64,000 nt of DNA from Vicugna vicugna (taxonomy: Eukaryota): the NCBI GenBank assembly GCA_013265495.1, contig MU058584.1:2856508-2920507 (forward strand). The letters are read 5' to 3'. Made by a program: the position numbers and the translations under genes. Of this stretch, positions 11,271-24,189 are shown one piece after another (the first letter of the stretch is position 1; each line of letters opens with the position of its first letter). The notes under the pieces were generated by a model. The model saw only the letters and a program-made list of their open reading frames with translations. It made no database searches and was not told the DNA's origin.

Positions 11271-12754
11271 GTTTTCCATTTCTTCTCCTCTTTGGACTCC
11301 TTTCTGCATTAGACTCTTTAGAGCCTTAGTCACCAAGGCTGCAGTCCGCCTTGCAGGTGGATTTTTGTGAGTGTGACATTGGGAGGCAGAAGGGCGAGGG
11401 GTCAGAAGCTGCACGGGTGTCAGAGCTGTGGGGACATTCATGCATTGCCCTGATGCAATGCATGGCTCAAGGTCGTTGCACCCCACAGCCCCTGTCCTCC
11501 TACAGCTGAGACAATGGTCTCAGTAGAAATTCTTTCGTTTTAATGCCGCACATGTACCTCCCTGGGAACGCTGGTGCACGCTGACAGGTCCCTTCACCCA
11601 TCAGCGTGTTCAGTCGGTGGTGACTTTACCCTCCCCCCTCCTTACCTGCCTGGCCTCACATTCTCTCCACCCACCCTCTTCTCTCATCACCTCTCAATAC
11701 ATCTCTGCTCTGTGAACCCTTCAGCACAGACTCAGCCTTCCTCTTCTTATTACTTTCAGAAAATTCTGTAGGTGGAAAGAAATTTAATCAGTAATAATAA
11801 GGCTTTCTATTTTTAGAGCTTCTGTCTTCTGAGCAAGCTGAAGGATGCCACAGCTATAACGGAATCGGTTAAAGAGTTGAAGGGGTCTCCTAAAGGTCTT
11901 TTAGGGAAGTCCCCTGCCGTGAGGCAAAACTTTCCAGAATCCTGCCTTGGGGAGGCGCTGGCCTCCCCTAATCTGACCCTGGAGTCCAACAGCACCATGT
12001 CTCAACTTCCAGAACCTCTCCCTCTGCTCAGCCAGAACCCTTCTTTCCAACACTGCCCGAGCTCCTCTCTCCCTGGAAAGATTGCAGCAGACTCCTAATG
12101 TTCTCCCACCCTTAGTTTCTCATCCAACCAACCTCCATGCCACGAATCCAGTGATCTTTCTAAAACACAGCTCTAGTCATCCTTGGGATGCAAAGTGAGG
12201 GATGCAAAGTATTATGGGAAGACAGTGGAGATGGTGGTTAGGAAAAGTGTCACAGGTTGAGACTCAGAAGATCACAGGAGGTCACCAAGAAGAGTGGAGG
12301 AAGATGTGCCAGGCACAGAGCACTGCCAATGCAGAGGTCAGGAGCCATCGTGCACGGATGTTGGAGGCATGGTAAGTAGAAAAGAGTGGCATGAGTGGCC
12401 AGGGACACAGAGAGGAGCTATCAGAGGACAGGATGGGAAGGTGGATTGGGACTTTTTCCTGGTGGCAGTGGGGTCATTGGGTGGTGAGAGCCACAGTGGA
12501 GCCCTTGGGCAGAGTTAAATTGAAAGGCTCTGTCTGATCCCAAGAAGAGAAGGGAGAGGATGGCGCTAAAGGGGAGTGCAACGCACATCACCATCTCACC
12601 GAGTACCAGGGACCCAGATTCCTCAAAGTGTCAACTCCATCCCCACCCCACCCACCCCACACACACACCTGCACCCATCTTCCCTTCTGGTGTGAATAAT
12701 TCGAGTTACCTGTTAAAATTCTAAGCCACAGGATAGGACAGAGGATCTCAGATT

Positions 12755-12935
12755 TGGGGTCAAGGCCTGGTTTCAAATCTCCCGTAAATGTTCAACCTCA
12801 CCACCGTGCCTCAGCTTCCCCAGCACTAAAATGCAACAGAAACACCTCCTTCCTGGCGTGGCTGAGACTATCACAGGAAATGATGTCTGTGTAACACTTA
12901 CGACACATAGACAGAGCCCCGTAAATGCAATTTTA
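12755..12935 (+). mobile_element. MIR SINE
   Basis: 'cctggtttcaaatc...gtgcctcagcttcccc...gtaacactta.gaca'. Confidence 0.65.
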
Positions 12936-13142
12936 ATATACATTTTGTTGTTTTCTTTGGGGTTCCCTCCATACTCCCCCAGAGCACCAGTGAGTCCTGT
13001 GTCCCCAGCCTTTCAGGGGGATGTGTGCAGACTCCAGTCAACAGCCCTTCTGGTGCCTCTCCAGTGGGGCTTTCCTTGGGTTCTCTGGCCTGAGTTGGAT
13101 GATGCTGACACGTACAGAGTGGGTTAATGGGGACGATCAGGG

Positions 13143-13169
13143 TGTGTGTGTGTGTGTGTGTATGTGTGT
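13143..13169 (+). repeat. Interrupted (TG)n microsatellite
   Basis: Direct reading; a second interrupted (TG)n lies at ~13846-13879. Confidence 0.9.
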
Positions 13170-15499
13170 ACAGGTATATCTGTGTATGTCAGTTCTGCCG
13201 ATGACACAAAGGGAAGGAAAGAGGAATCAAAAAGGCAAATGAATGCAAAGGAGAAGTGGTACCAAATTCAGCGGAGGGTTAAAGTCGATGAGAAGCTGGA
13301 GGTCTGAGGGGAGAGGGTCGGGTCCAGCTCGCTCGGGCCTCCATCGCCAGCCCAGGTGGGCACACACGGAGAGCGGAGAAGATGGTACAATGCCCAGCCC
13401 CCTCAGTAGACTCTCCCACTCCGGCCACTCAGGCCTGGATGGCGTCCTTCCCCCAGTGCACTACCTCCGAGCTGCAGAAATTCTTGGGGCTCGGGGCTGG
13501 GCGGAGGGGGGCAACTCCAGCCGCTTCCAGGGATCGGCCAACAGTTTCCAGGGCTCCTGCTGAAGACAGACTCCCTGACCACATGCTTTTCCGTGACATC
13601 ACTGTCAGTGACCTTTGGGGGCCAGAAGGGTGGGGTCTGAGGGGACGGGTACAGGCCACGATTCTCTGGTGGTCACAAAGGTTGGGATTGTGAGCTGCCC
13701 AGAGCTGGAGGGACGCCTCAATGGGGACAATGTCTCTTGCTGGACTGGGAATGGCTTCCCTGCCCTAGGATATGGCAGGACTATAGTGGACCTGTTGTCC
13801 TTGCTCCTTTTCTAGATTAAAAAGCACATTGTTGAGCACAGAGGCTGTGTGTGTATGTGTGTGTGTGTCTGTGTGTGTGCGCACACAGAAGTGTAAAGAG
13901 TCTCAGAAAATTGCATTTTGCTTTTAGAACAAATGATGATGATGTGGAGCGGAAAACTTGCAATCCAGCCAGCAGAGAGAAGTGTGTTTTTGCTTTTCAG
14001 AAGCCTTGGGAAGGAGAGGAGGGAGGAGGGGAGGAGGAGGGGAAGACTTCCGCTGATGTTTCAAGAGCGCCAAAGAGCGCTGGAGGAGATCAATATGGCC
14101 AATGAGGCCAAAGCTGATTACAGCAAACACAGCCCACGACCCTGTGTCCACTTAAAGTAATAGCCCTAAACACTTGACGGAAATAACTCAATTACCTTAT
14201 CGATTTGGGATCTCAGTCACCTCCCCCAACAGACAACACACACAGACACTACCACAAACCCATGCATCTTATTTTTCCTCTTTTTGCTTCTTTAAAAGAA
14301 AAAAAAAAACAACAATGTAATTGGCATGACCTGCTCCACCAGCTTAGAAAATGAATAAAGTTACATCTGTTTCTTATCTGCGCATTAATCACTCAGGTCC
14401 CCACCTGCCCAAATTGAAGGATGGCCAGTAGCCTCTCTCTCGGGACCTCCTCCCCTCCCCCAAACTAAAGAGCCCCAGGTGCTCACTCAGCCCAAACTGG
14501 TTAGTGTAAAGAAATAATTGAGAAATCTGATCAGTTCACCAGCCCCCTCCTCCCCCTCATTTCCTGCTGTTGTCACTTCGAGCCCCTGCCACATGGTGCG
14601 GCTGATGAAAGCACACAGCCCCTCGCAGATGGATGTGTTACGGCTGCCGCACCGGTGCCTGGCTACCCCAGCCCGCACTTGGGCAGAGGGAGGACCAGCC
14701 TGCGAGCCCGCTCACTCATCCACTGACATTTATGTGCGTGCACACTGCCCCAAAGCCCGGTCCTCCAAACCAGGACTGGAGAGAGGCTTCAATGACAGCC
14801 AGAGCAGCGCTGCCTGAAGACTTCCCCCTGGAGGCTGGGAAGCCTTCTCCTGCCAGCAGCCCCCAGCCAGGGCGGCTAAACCCATCGTAAGCAACTTATA
14901 CTGTTGCCTTGCAACGCTCAGCAGGGGCTGGAAAGCTCCTCAGGAACCATCCAACCCAATATCCTTGTTTCATATACGGGGAGAATGCGCAAGGTCAGGT
15001 GACAGTCCAACTTCACATGGCCAGCAAAGAATGCGCTGGTGTGGGGTGGAGGTGAGGGGGGTGGAGTCTGGGTGCAACATCCGAAAGGCCTTGGAACGCA
15101 TGTAATGGCGATCTCTTAGTTACCCATCCTCACTTTCCAGCAAAGCCACTCTGTTGCCAATGCCTGGCCAGCCCTGCTGGACATCCCTGGAGAAGTCGCC
15201 TCTTCCTACCGCCCGGGAGACCCCGTCGCCCTGGGCAAGCCAGGCAGGGTGGTCTCCCTGGACCCTGTTCCAGTTATAGCCTTTGCTTAGCCTATGTCCC
15301 CGTATTTTCAAACTCTCCTTCTCAACCAGCCCTCTTCTATCAATTCAAACCTTTCCCAGATTTTTTTTTTAAAGTCCTTTGTTCCAACATTTCTCTCCAC
15401 CCTCCTCCTCCTCATCTTCCCCCATCCTCCTTCCCTCTGCCTTTGCCTTTCCCTACTTTTTTGTTCTATCTTCCCCCACTTTCCTTCTCTCAAAAAAAA

Positions 15500-15581
15500 T
15501 TTTTTAATGGAGATGCTGGGGATTGAACCCAGGACCTCATGCACACTAAGCATGCACTCTACCACTGAGCTATACCTCCCC
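15500..15581 (-). mobile_element. Camelid tRNA-derived SINE (vic-1-like)
   Basis: Reverse complement: ggggaggtatagctcagtggtagagtgcatgcttagtgtgcatgaggtcctgggttcaatccccagcatctccattaaaaaa. Confidence 0.9.
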
Positions 15582-16124
15582 TAGTTTTTTTTTTTAATGA
15601 ACACTCTGTCCCACCCCCATACTCACGCTCATGTCCATCTTCCTCGTGCCTGCACTGGGTGAGAAAGGTCACAGCTTTCAGAGCTTCCTCAGTGGCCACG
15701 TGGCAGTGTGCTGACCACGACCAAGACAGATCCTGGTGTGGAAAAGTCTGGTGCTCACTAAGCACTGGGAAGGCAGGAGTGGGCACAGGAGGGAGGGCAA
15801 GACCAGGCTGCTGTCCCCAGAAATGCCCACAGCCCCGCAAGTCCCCTGGTTGTCAGTGAGTACAGCCCAGATTTGCCGCATGTCCTGAGGGTTCCACTGC
15901 TTCAGATGAAAAGGTCACCAGCACCTGTCCCTCCCTGCCATCCAACAATCTTTCTCTTTCTGAAGGAAAGGTTTTTATAGTGTAAGAACCTCTTCTTGAT
16001 ATGTGCATGTTCTGACCTTCACGTCATCGCAAGAGCTTTCTTAGAGGTTAAACAAGAGCCTTTATCTTCCTGACACTGAAACTGACAACATGCTATTTAC
16101 TGAGAAAGGGCAAGAAAAGGAACC

Positions 16125-16400
16125 GAAATTGACTGAGTCTCAGGCATTATTCTATGAGTTAGGGACACATGGTGAATAAGACTGACATGTTCCCTGCCCT
16201 CGTGGGGCTTACGTTCTACCAAGGAAACAGACACTGTGCATGTACACAAATAAAATCATTGTAGAAGGTAAGAAGAGGCAGGAAGGAAATTAACTGGGCA
16301 TGATGGTTCATGACAACACCAGGGACTTGCTTAGGGCATGGGAAGTTCTCCCCAAGAAGAGGACATCCAAGCTGAGACCTGAACCTTGGGGTTGAGGACA
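16125..16400 (-). mobile_element. L2 fragment
   Basis: 'gacatgttccctgccctcgtggggcttacgttcta' is a typical antisense L2 3' motif. Confidence 0.7.
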
Positions 16401-17016
16401 GGACTCATGATGGAATTTTAAGCCATGCTCACTACAAGCTAGTAATGTCTGTATTATTGTCATCTGCAATTTACACATCAAGAAATTGAGGCTCTGGGAG
16501 ATAAGGAAACATATCAAGTGGCATGTCTGATACCAAAGCCACACTTTCTCTGTTACCATCCCTCCTTGGGGTACTTGTGCCTTCCTTCTGAATAATTAAA
16601 ACCACCTGGGAACTTTGGAATCCAGGTATGCAGATTCCAGCTGACTCTATTTTGAGACCAGTGTCCATCCTGGTAAAGTATACACCTTGCTACACCCCGA
16701 GGAAGGTCAAGGCTGCTCTCTCTTCTCAAGACTCTTGGAAGACAAGCCAGAGCATAATCCAGCACCCAGATAAGGCTATGAAAGGAGTGCAGAGCAGGGA
16801 AGATGACTGAGGTCGGACTTCTCAGGCAAGGAGCTCTGCTGTGAATTCTCCCTGTAAAGAAAGCATGATCTGGCCAGGCAGAGAGGAGTGGGCGGCATTT
16901 CAAGGCAGGTATGTTGTGAACTCTTCCAGAAGAGAGCTGGGGGCTGTGGGAGGCTGCTTGGAAGAGCTGCCAGACATTCCCATGACCTGCCACAACATGC
17001 AAAAGTAGAGGCATGA

Positions 17017-17559
17017 TCAAGACCAGGAAGCAACCTGAATGCCCAACGACAGATGACTAGATAAAGTACTTGTAGTATATTTACAACAGAATACTACTCA
17101 GCCTAAAAAAAGAATAAGATAATGTCATTTGCAGCAACATGAATGGACCTGGAGATTGTCATACTAAGTGAAATAAGCCAGAAAGAGAAAGAAAAATACC
17201 ATATGATATCATTTATGTGTGGAATTAGAAAAATGACACAAATGAACTCATTTACAAAACAGAAACAGACTCACAGATGTGGAAAACAAACTTATGGTTA
17301 CCATGGGGTAAAGGGGGTGGGGATGGATAAATTAGGGGTTTGAGATTAGCAGACACAAACTACTACATATAAAATAAAAAACAAGGTCCTACATGATACC
17401 ACAGGGAACTGTGTTCAATGTCTTTGTAGTAATCTATAATGAAAAAGAGTATGAAAATATATATGTGTGTGTGTGTGTGTGTGTATCTGAATCACTATGC
17501 TGCGCACTAGAAATTGATCCAATGTTGTAAACTATCTATACTTCAGTTAAACAAAAAAA
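17017..17559 (+). mobile_element. L1 3' end (ORF2 terminus plus 3' UTR), cetartiodactyl/camelid type
   Basis: 'gcagcaacatgaatggacctggagattgtcatactaagtgaaataagccag' (decayed ORF2 C-terminus, MDLEIVILSEISQKEK), internal (TG)n, A tail; degraded TSD aaaagtagaggcatg / aaaagaagcagcttg. Confidence 0.9.
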
Positions 17560-18064
17560 GAAGCAGCTTGGGTCCAATGTCCTGCATCAGCCCATCAGTC
17601 GACAGTTTCTGAGTGTAGAGCTGGTGGGTCCGAAGTGCCACACGAGTTACTGGGAGGACATTCAAAGAACATAGAACCATGATCTCAACCCTGCAGGACT
17701 CGAAAACCTCCTTGAAGAGATGTACTCAGGCTTATGAAACGACTGAAAGGCACTTGCACCAAGCAGCCCAGCAGCATGTTGGAAGCCACATGGTGAGGCT
17801 GTGAGGGAGACCTTCCTGGAGGAGGCGGACCATGTTTTCAACGTGGGCGAAGAGCCAGGTTGGCAGAGAGGTGGCAGGGAGAACATTTCAGATAATGGGT
17901 GTGCCATTTACGAGATCACAAATAAAGGCTAGCTGGATGAGGACAGTGAGAACACAAGAGATGGAGCTTGGGATTCTTCACTGGGTCAGGGAAGAGTGAC
18001 TCACTGAAAGTTCTTGAGCAAGGGAGTCCCAGGATGAAAGCAACACTTCCAAACTTAGAATAGT

Positions 18065-18260
18065 AATTCCTCACTTGCATGTAACAGTTTGCAGTTCTCA
18101 GATCACTCCACAAACATTGCGTCAGTTGATTCTCACAACCACCAAAAGGAACAGAGTTATCATTGCCTTTTGTAGTTGAGGAAACAGATGGGAGAAGTTT
18201 AAATGACTTGCCTAAGATCACACATCTAAGGGAAGGAGCTAAAACTAGAGCCCCATCCAT
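18065..18260 (-). mobile_element. MIR SINE
   Basis: 'tgattctcacaaccacc...ttttgtagttgaggaaac...aatgacttgcctaagatcacac'. Confidence 0.75.
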
Positions 18261-18274
18261 TGTCTGAGGACAGG

Positions 18275-18480
18275 GGAGCGTAGTGTCATGGAAAGGGCAT
18301 GGGTTTCGAAACCAGGCAGATCTGAGTTCCAGTGCCAGTTCTGCCAGTTACTGGTAAGCTGTGTGACCTGGGACAGGTTATTAACCTCTCTGAGCCTCAG
18401 TTTTCTCCTTATAAAAGTAATAATATCTTAGATGTAGGTGTGCTGTAAGGCTTAAAGTCATGATGGCTCCTGACACAGCA
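18275..18480 (+). mobile_element. MIR SINE
   Basis: 'gctgtgtgacctgggacaggttattaacctctctgagcctcagttttctc'. Confidence 0.85.
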
Positions 18481-19509
18481 GAGAAGGCTTTCAAATTCGA
18501 ATTTCTTTCCGCTTTTTCCTACTGCTGCTCACTCAGATCCTGAAAACACCAAGTTATTAACCCAATTTCCCTCTATCCCCAGTGGTGCCAATGAAGCTCT
18601 GGGGGCAAGTGATTTCACCCTCCGAACAGGGGAACTGACCCTCCTTTCAGCGAGGCAACAGCCCCATCCCAAGCCACACACGGGGTCGCATCAGCCAGAG
18701 GGCCCTCAGACAAGCCGCAAGTCCCACCTGAGAACAAGTTCCTTCGAGAGAGGTGGGCTGAGCCCAGAGGGACGGGTGATTTGTGGAGCTGTCCGGCACA
18801 CCGCCACCCTTCCTTGGTAGAGCAGGTCTGGATTTATTGTTGTTGTTTTAAACAAACAGGATTTAAAAGAACAACCCACACAAGTGACTTCTTAGAAATT
18901 TCACCCTTGACTTACCTTTTGGAATAAAAACAATTTTTTTTTTAATCCTGTCAAAGCCCTTTATTCTTTTCGGAACATTTTCATATACAGTATTTCACTT
19001 GATCCTTAGACGCTGAAAGGGAGACAGACGGGCTTTACTGTTCCCTTTGAACAGATGGAAGATCCATGGCTGAGAAGTGGGGGGGTGGGGGGGCCCCGAG
19101 CTTCCAACCCTCTGCCCGTGGCAGTCTCCCCTTCCTCTGTGCTCAGGTCAGAGTCCAGACCCATCCATGGACAAGCTCAGCTCTGACGTTTGAGATCTTC
19201 CCCCATCCCACTCAGCTACCGAATCATGTGAGGCTCATAAAACTGGTGGGCAAGGGTGGGGAGTTCTGAAAAAAGACAGCTACCCTGGGCATGTTCTGCA
19301 AGTGTGCTGGACTCACCGTGTAGGGCCAACGGGGGTCCCTAAGCCACCCCCCCAAACAGGAGCTCCTCCTCTTTGCTGTCCAGACACCCACTCCAACCCT
19401 CTCTCAACCCGAGAGCCTCCGAAAGTGAAAGATTCATTTGGAGTCAGCTCACCCAGGTGAGGAGCTAAGGACCAGAACAGGAAACGAACACTTGACATTT
19501 AGAAGCAAC

Positions 19510-20500
19510 CCCTAAGTGTTCTGGGCACTTAGACACAGCACTGAGCCTAACTGGCAAAGTCCTCTGCCTTCATTTGGCTTATATTCTAGTGAAAGGAGAC
19601 AGGAACGCAAAAATGGACATGATCCAGAAGTAAATGAAGACGTAAGATAGGTGACGAGTGCTAATGTGAGAGCAGAGTGCTGCAGGGTGACGGGGCTGGA
19701 GCGCGCTGCGGGGAGGCAGGGAGGTGCGCGGTTACTATTTTAAATAGGATTGTCACAAGCTGCGTTGAGAAGTTGACATTTGAGCAAGGATTTGAGGGAA
19801 CGAGGGAGTTAGCATATAGCTATCTGGAGGAAAGGCTTTCCAAGCGGAGGGGACAGCCAGAGCAAAGGCCCTCGGGAACAGGGAGGCGGCCCACGTGGCC
19901 AGGACAGAGGGCGCGCGGGGAGCAGTAAGAGATGAAGTCGGAGAGGAAATGGGTCGGAGCCAGGTCCAGGGCTCATAAACAGTCTTGAAGGACCCTCAGT
20001 TTTACTTCGAGTGAATGAGGGCATTTGAAGGATTTTTAAGCAGAAGACTGAATGATGTCGCTGTTAGCAGGCTCACTCCAGCTGCCCTACTGGGGACAGA
20101 CTGTATGATGGTGGGAGGGGGTGTGGGGTGGCAAGAGCAGAAGCTGAGAGGCTGGTTAGGCTGCCCCGTAACCCAGGTGAAAGATGATGGAGTCTCCAAC
20201 TGGGGGCTCCACGAAGGTGGTAATAAGTGGTTGATACTGGCTGTATTCTAAAAGTAGAGCCAGTATGATTTCCTGAGAGGTTGGATGGGGGAGGGGTGGT
20301 GGCTGTGAGAAGAGAGGGTCCAAGGCAACTTGCAAAACTTGAGCTTGACTGAGCACCTGGAAGAGTGGCGATGCCATAACTGAGATGGGGAGACTGAGGG
20401 CGGAGCAGCTGGGTGCTGGAGATCAGGCGCTCAGGCCTGGATGTGTTGAGTTTAATTGTCCCTTAGATGCCCAAGCAAGTGGAGCTGTTGAGGTAGCAAG
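19510..20500 (-). mobile_element. L2 LINE (~1 kb)
   Basis: 'cttatattctagtgaaaggagacag', 'gacatttgagcaagga', 'ccaggtgaaagatgatgg', 'gccataactgagatgggga', 'gatgtgttgagttt' in L2 order. Confidence 0.85.
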
Positions 20501-20779
20501 CCACTCAAGCCAGCTGCTGTATCCTTGCTGATACAGACCAGGCCACAGAGGCAGCGCCCACTTCCATTTCTAGTCCCCAGAATGGGCGGCCCGAGAGGAG
20601 GGCTGCCTGCACTGGGTGCCCAGCTATCTAGGCCCTGCCTCACAGGCCACTATCTACAATGTGTCTGAAGGTCCCAGGGCTCATGGCACAAAAAAAGCAG
20701 CCTTAGGGAAGCAACTGCAGACTAAGGCTATTGGTATCTGGGTAATCACCAGGGACTGGTCCAGTCTCTGTCCACTCCT

Positions 20780-20885
20780 TGCAGACAGGGATTGGGGCGT
20801 TCTCATCTCTGCAATGCCTGTGCCTGGCCAGATGTCTAGCACACAGCAGGCTCTTAATATTTGCTGAATGATTGAATGAATGACT
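20780..20885 (+). mobile_element. L2 3' terminus
   Basis: 'gcacacagcaggctcttaatatttgctgaatgattgaatgaatga'. Confidence 0.8.
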
Positions 20886-22403
20886 GGGCACAAGTTTTGC
20901 ATTTGTACCTAATCTTTATTTCTTATCTCCACTGAGTAGGAGGAGCATAAGAAAGGTCAGATGGGGGAGACCATGATCCACTCATTTGATTTGTCATTGC
21001 CCTCTTCCTGCTCTGATGGCAAAGAAGGAGGGAAAAGGAGCAAGTGAGACGAGGACAGGGGTCAGAACCCACTGCCCCATTTGTTTAAGAACATCTGGGG
21101 GCATTAACTTCAGGGACTCCAGTATCAACACAGGCACCCAAGAGGGAATGTCCGACTTTGAAGCCAAAGGAGGGGAAAAAATTTTGTTTTAACACATAAA
21201 CGTGATAAAATTATATTTTGTTAATAAGGTGCTGAATTGACCTAGGCATTCATGTCTATGAAAACTATCTTATATGACCATCTGCTTTATATTTTTGTGT
21301 CAAAAGAAGTCATATTTGTTGTCTGTTTGTTTTTTATATAAACACCACCTACAGCTAAACTCAGTGGTTCACATTGCATCACCAAAATAACTAATGCCAC
21401 CCATACTGTTTAGTTAAACACCCAGCTCACGGTTTAGTCTCTGAGGGGCTTACCTGGTTTCTTTAAAGCTAGCTGCGGGCCTATACCTCTCAGATGGTAA
21501 TAGTATGCTTGAAAGTTTCATTGCTTTCTTTCACAAGTGTTTTGAGTTTTCCTATGTGTAAGGCATTATAGTAAGGGTCATGGAGGGTAAAATATGGTCC
21601 CCATTCATGAGCAGCTGATACTCTAGACAAGAATTACCAAAAAAAAAAAAAAAGGAAAGTGATTGGGCTTAAGGACTTTGATATAACTGTTAGTTTGGTA
21701 AACAGTGATGTTTTGATAGGTCAGACATTGACCCATTGTCTCCAGACCAGTTTCCCAAATTAAGCCCTGAAAAGAAAAAGATTGAGAAAAGGGTGGGAGT
21801 TATTGGGAAATGAGCAATGAAATGGAAAGAGAGAGAGAGAGTGAAAAAGAAAGGTTTGGGGGCGGGTGGTAGTTTGGGCCCAAGATGCCTCTGGCTGTGG
21901 TTATTTCTTGTGTTCCCAACAGCTGGCTGGGTGGATGGAGTTTGGGATGACTCACCATGTAGGAGGGGTGCTGAGGGAAGAAAGGGGAACGCACAGAGGA
22001 GGGGAGCCCCCTTCCGTCCCCTGGAGGTGTGGCTCTGCGGTTCTGTCTCACGGCCTCACACAGGCCTGCTGGCACATGTCCTTCAGGGCTAAGGAGCCAT
22101 TGTACGGGCTGGTTTTAAGAACCCCCCCTAAAGTGCCCAGGGGCCTCACCCAAGAACCCAGGAACCTCAGTGTCCTTGCTTACAAACCTGAGCAACCACA
22201 GGTAGAGAATCAACGAAAAGGTGAGGTATTCACTGGTTAAAACAGAGGTGGTCAGACTGAGTTTTCCTCCCGGGAAGAAGGAAGGAAAGGAGGGGAGGAG
22301 GGGGAATCAATCTTGAACACAGAATCTCCTTTGGGACCTAACTGCAAAGACCCGTGTGGCCACACGATCTGAGCTCCTCCCGCAGGCTAAGTGGGTTCCT
22401 GGC

Positions 22404-22776
22404 TGTTGTGGACTGAATCGGGGTTCCCCTCCTCCCAAATTCCTGTGTTGCCGTCCCAACCCCCAGCACCTCAGAGCGTGACTGTGGAGATAGGGCCTTT
22501 CAAGAGATGGTTAAGCTAAAATGAGACTGTTCGGGTGGGCTGTAGTTTAATGTGACCCAAGTCCTTAGGAGGTGCGGACACACAGAGAGACGCCGGGGGT
22601 GGGCGTGCCCAGGGTGAGCATCCTGCGAGGAGGCAGCGGCCATGTGTAAGCCAAGCAGAGAGGCCTCAGAGGAAACCAGCCCTTCCAGCCTCCAGAACTG
22701 TGAGAAAATTAATTTCTGCTGCTTGAGCCACCCAGTCCACGGTGTTCTATCACGCCGGCCCTGATAAGCGAACGCA
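22404..22776 (+). mobile_element. MLT1B-like MaLR solo LTR
   Basis: tgttgtggactgaat...ggagatagggccttt...gttaagctaaaatgag...ttccagcctccagaactgtgagaaaattaatttctg...ca. Confidence 0.85.
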
Positions 22777-23899
22777 GGGAGGAAGGGAGCTCATGACGCC
22801 GTCCCAGCGCGGCGTCCTGGAGGGCTGTCGGCAGCAGCACGTGCCTGTGTGTCACTGCCGTTTCCTTCCCGTGTCAGTCCTGACCCCAGACAGTCATTAC
22901 AAGACACAAATGTCTGAGCTTTTCCCACATACCAGAAGCTTCCTCATCTATCGCCTCACTTAACTGTTACTGCAAACCTGAGGCTCAAAAGAAGTTCACT
23001 GCTTTCCCCAATGTCACTCAGTTAGGACATACTGGACCCGGGTTGGAAGCCCAGGGCCCCTGGTCCCAGGTCTTTGTTTCCCCCCATCCGCATGGGGCTC
23101 CCTGGAAGATTTTAAAGACCAGGTGTGTTAGGGACTGCATCCCACTGTCTCTTTCGAAAGCCAGCTTTGTCCTTCCAGGAACAGAGTCACCCCTAACCCT
23201 TCACTGGAGTTTCTGTTTAAGTCCTGTGATGTAGAGAAGAAAAATATTAAGTCCTAATTCTGTTTTTACTGGATTTTCCAAGCTGAATCCTTCCCTGGCC
23301 TGCACTATTTAGTAGCTAAGGGCCATACACAACCCCCAAGATAGTAACTAAGGAATCATTTAAAAAAGCATGATTGCTTTCTGCGTAACAGGCTACTTTT
23401 TTCCCCGCCTCAGCTCAGTTTGCTGAGCACAACTCTGTCTGGAGCTCCTTGTCAATATCTATTTTTAATGGGATATACTTACAATTGGATGTATTTATAA
23501 CCTCTTCCTCATGGGCACTTGATTTCTTTCTGGAATCTCAGAGGCATTGTACTAGATTGACTATGACAGCAGAGAAGTGACTAGAAACAGGTTGTCCCCT
23601 TGTCATGTGTGGAGCTTGGGAATCCTGGCTACGCCTGTGCCAGGTCCCCGCACCACCTTATTATGAAGAAAGCCATTCTGGTTCCTATTTCTACAAAAGA
23701 AGTGTGTCACTCCTGGGAGAGACAGGGCGTTCAGGTGATTTAAAAGTTTAGTGAATGCTGAGAGAAGCCTTCAGTGGAAACCTCTATGCCTTAATTCTGT
23801 TTGACAAATGTTTATTGTGTATTTATTACATACTCAGCACAGATTCATTGCTTGAGACATGGTGGGGTTTTTTTACCAAAATTACTGAACACAGTCGTC

Positions 23900-24040
23900 A
23901 GAGATGGAAGAAATCCCAGAGATGGTGTGGTCTGATCCCCTCCATTTAGAGATGAGGAACATAAGGCCCAGTTGGGGAAAGTGACTTGTCCAAGGTCAAA
24001 CCATGGGTTCTTGGCAGGCAGGGGACTAAGGTCTTCCTGA
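23900..24040 (-). mobile_element. MIR/MIR3 SINE
   Basis: 'catttagagatgaggaacataaggcccag...aagtgacttgtccaaggtca'. Confidence 0.75.
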
Positions 24041-24189
24041 TTTTCCTCCGAGTCCAGTGAGGACTCTGGGCAGCAGTGAGACCCTTCTGAGAGCACGGTG
24101 TCCAAGTGGGCTTACCGCATTGTGAAAACTATGTGCACATCTGGAAAGGATCCACACGAAGTAACCAAAATTGACAAGGGATGGAAAAC

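Noticed and set aside
12185..12210. GGGATGCAAAGT repeated at period 14, and ATCACAG repeats at ~5624-5665
   Set aside because: Ordinary short slippage duplications; there is no repeat-spacer array, and CRISPR is not applicable to this mammalian sequence.
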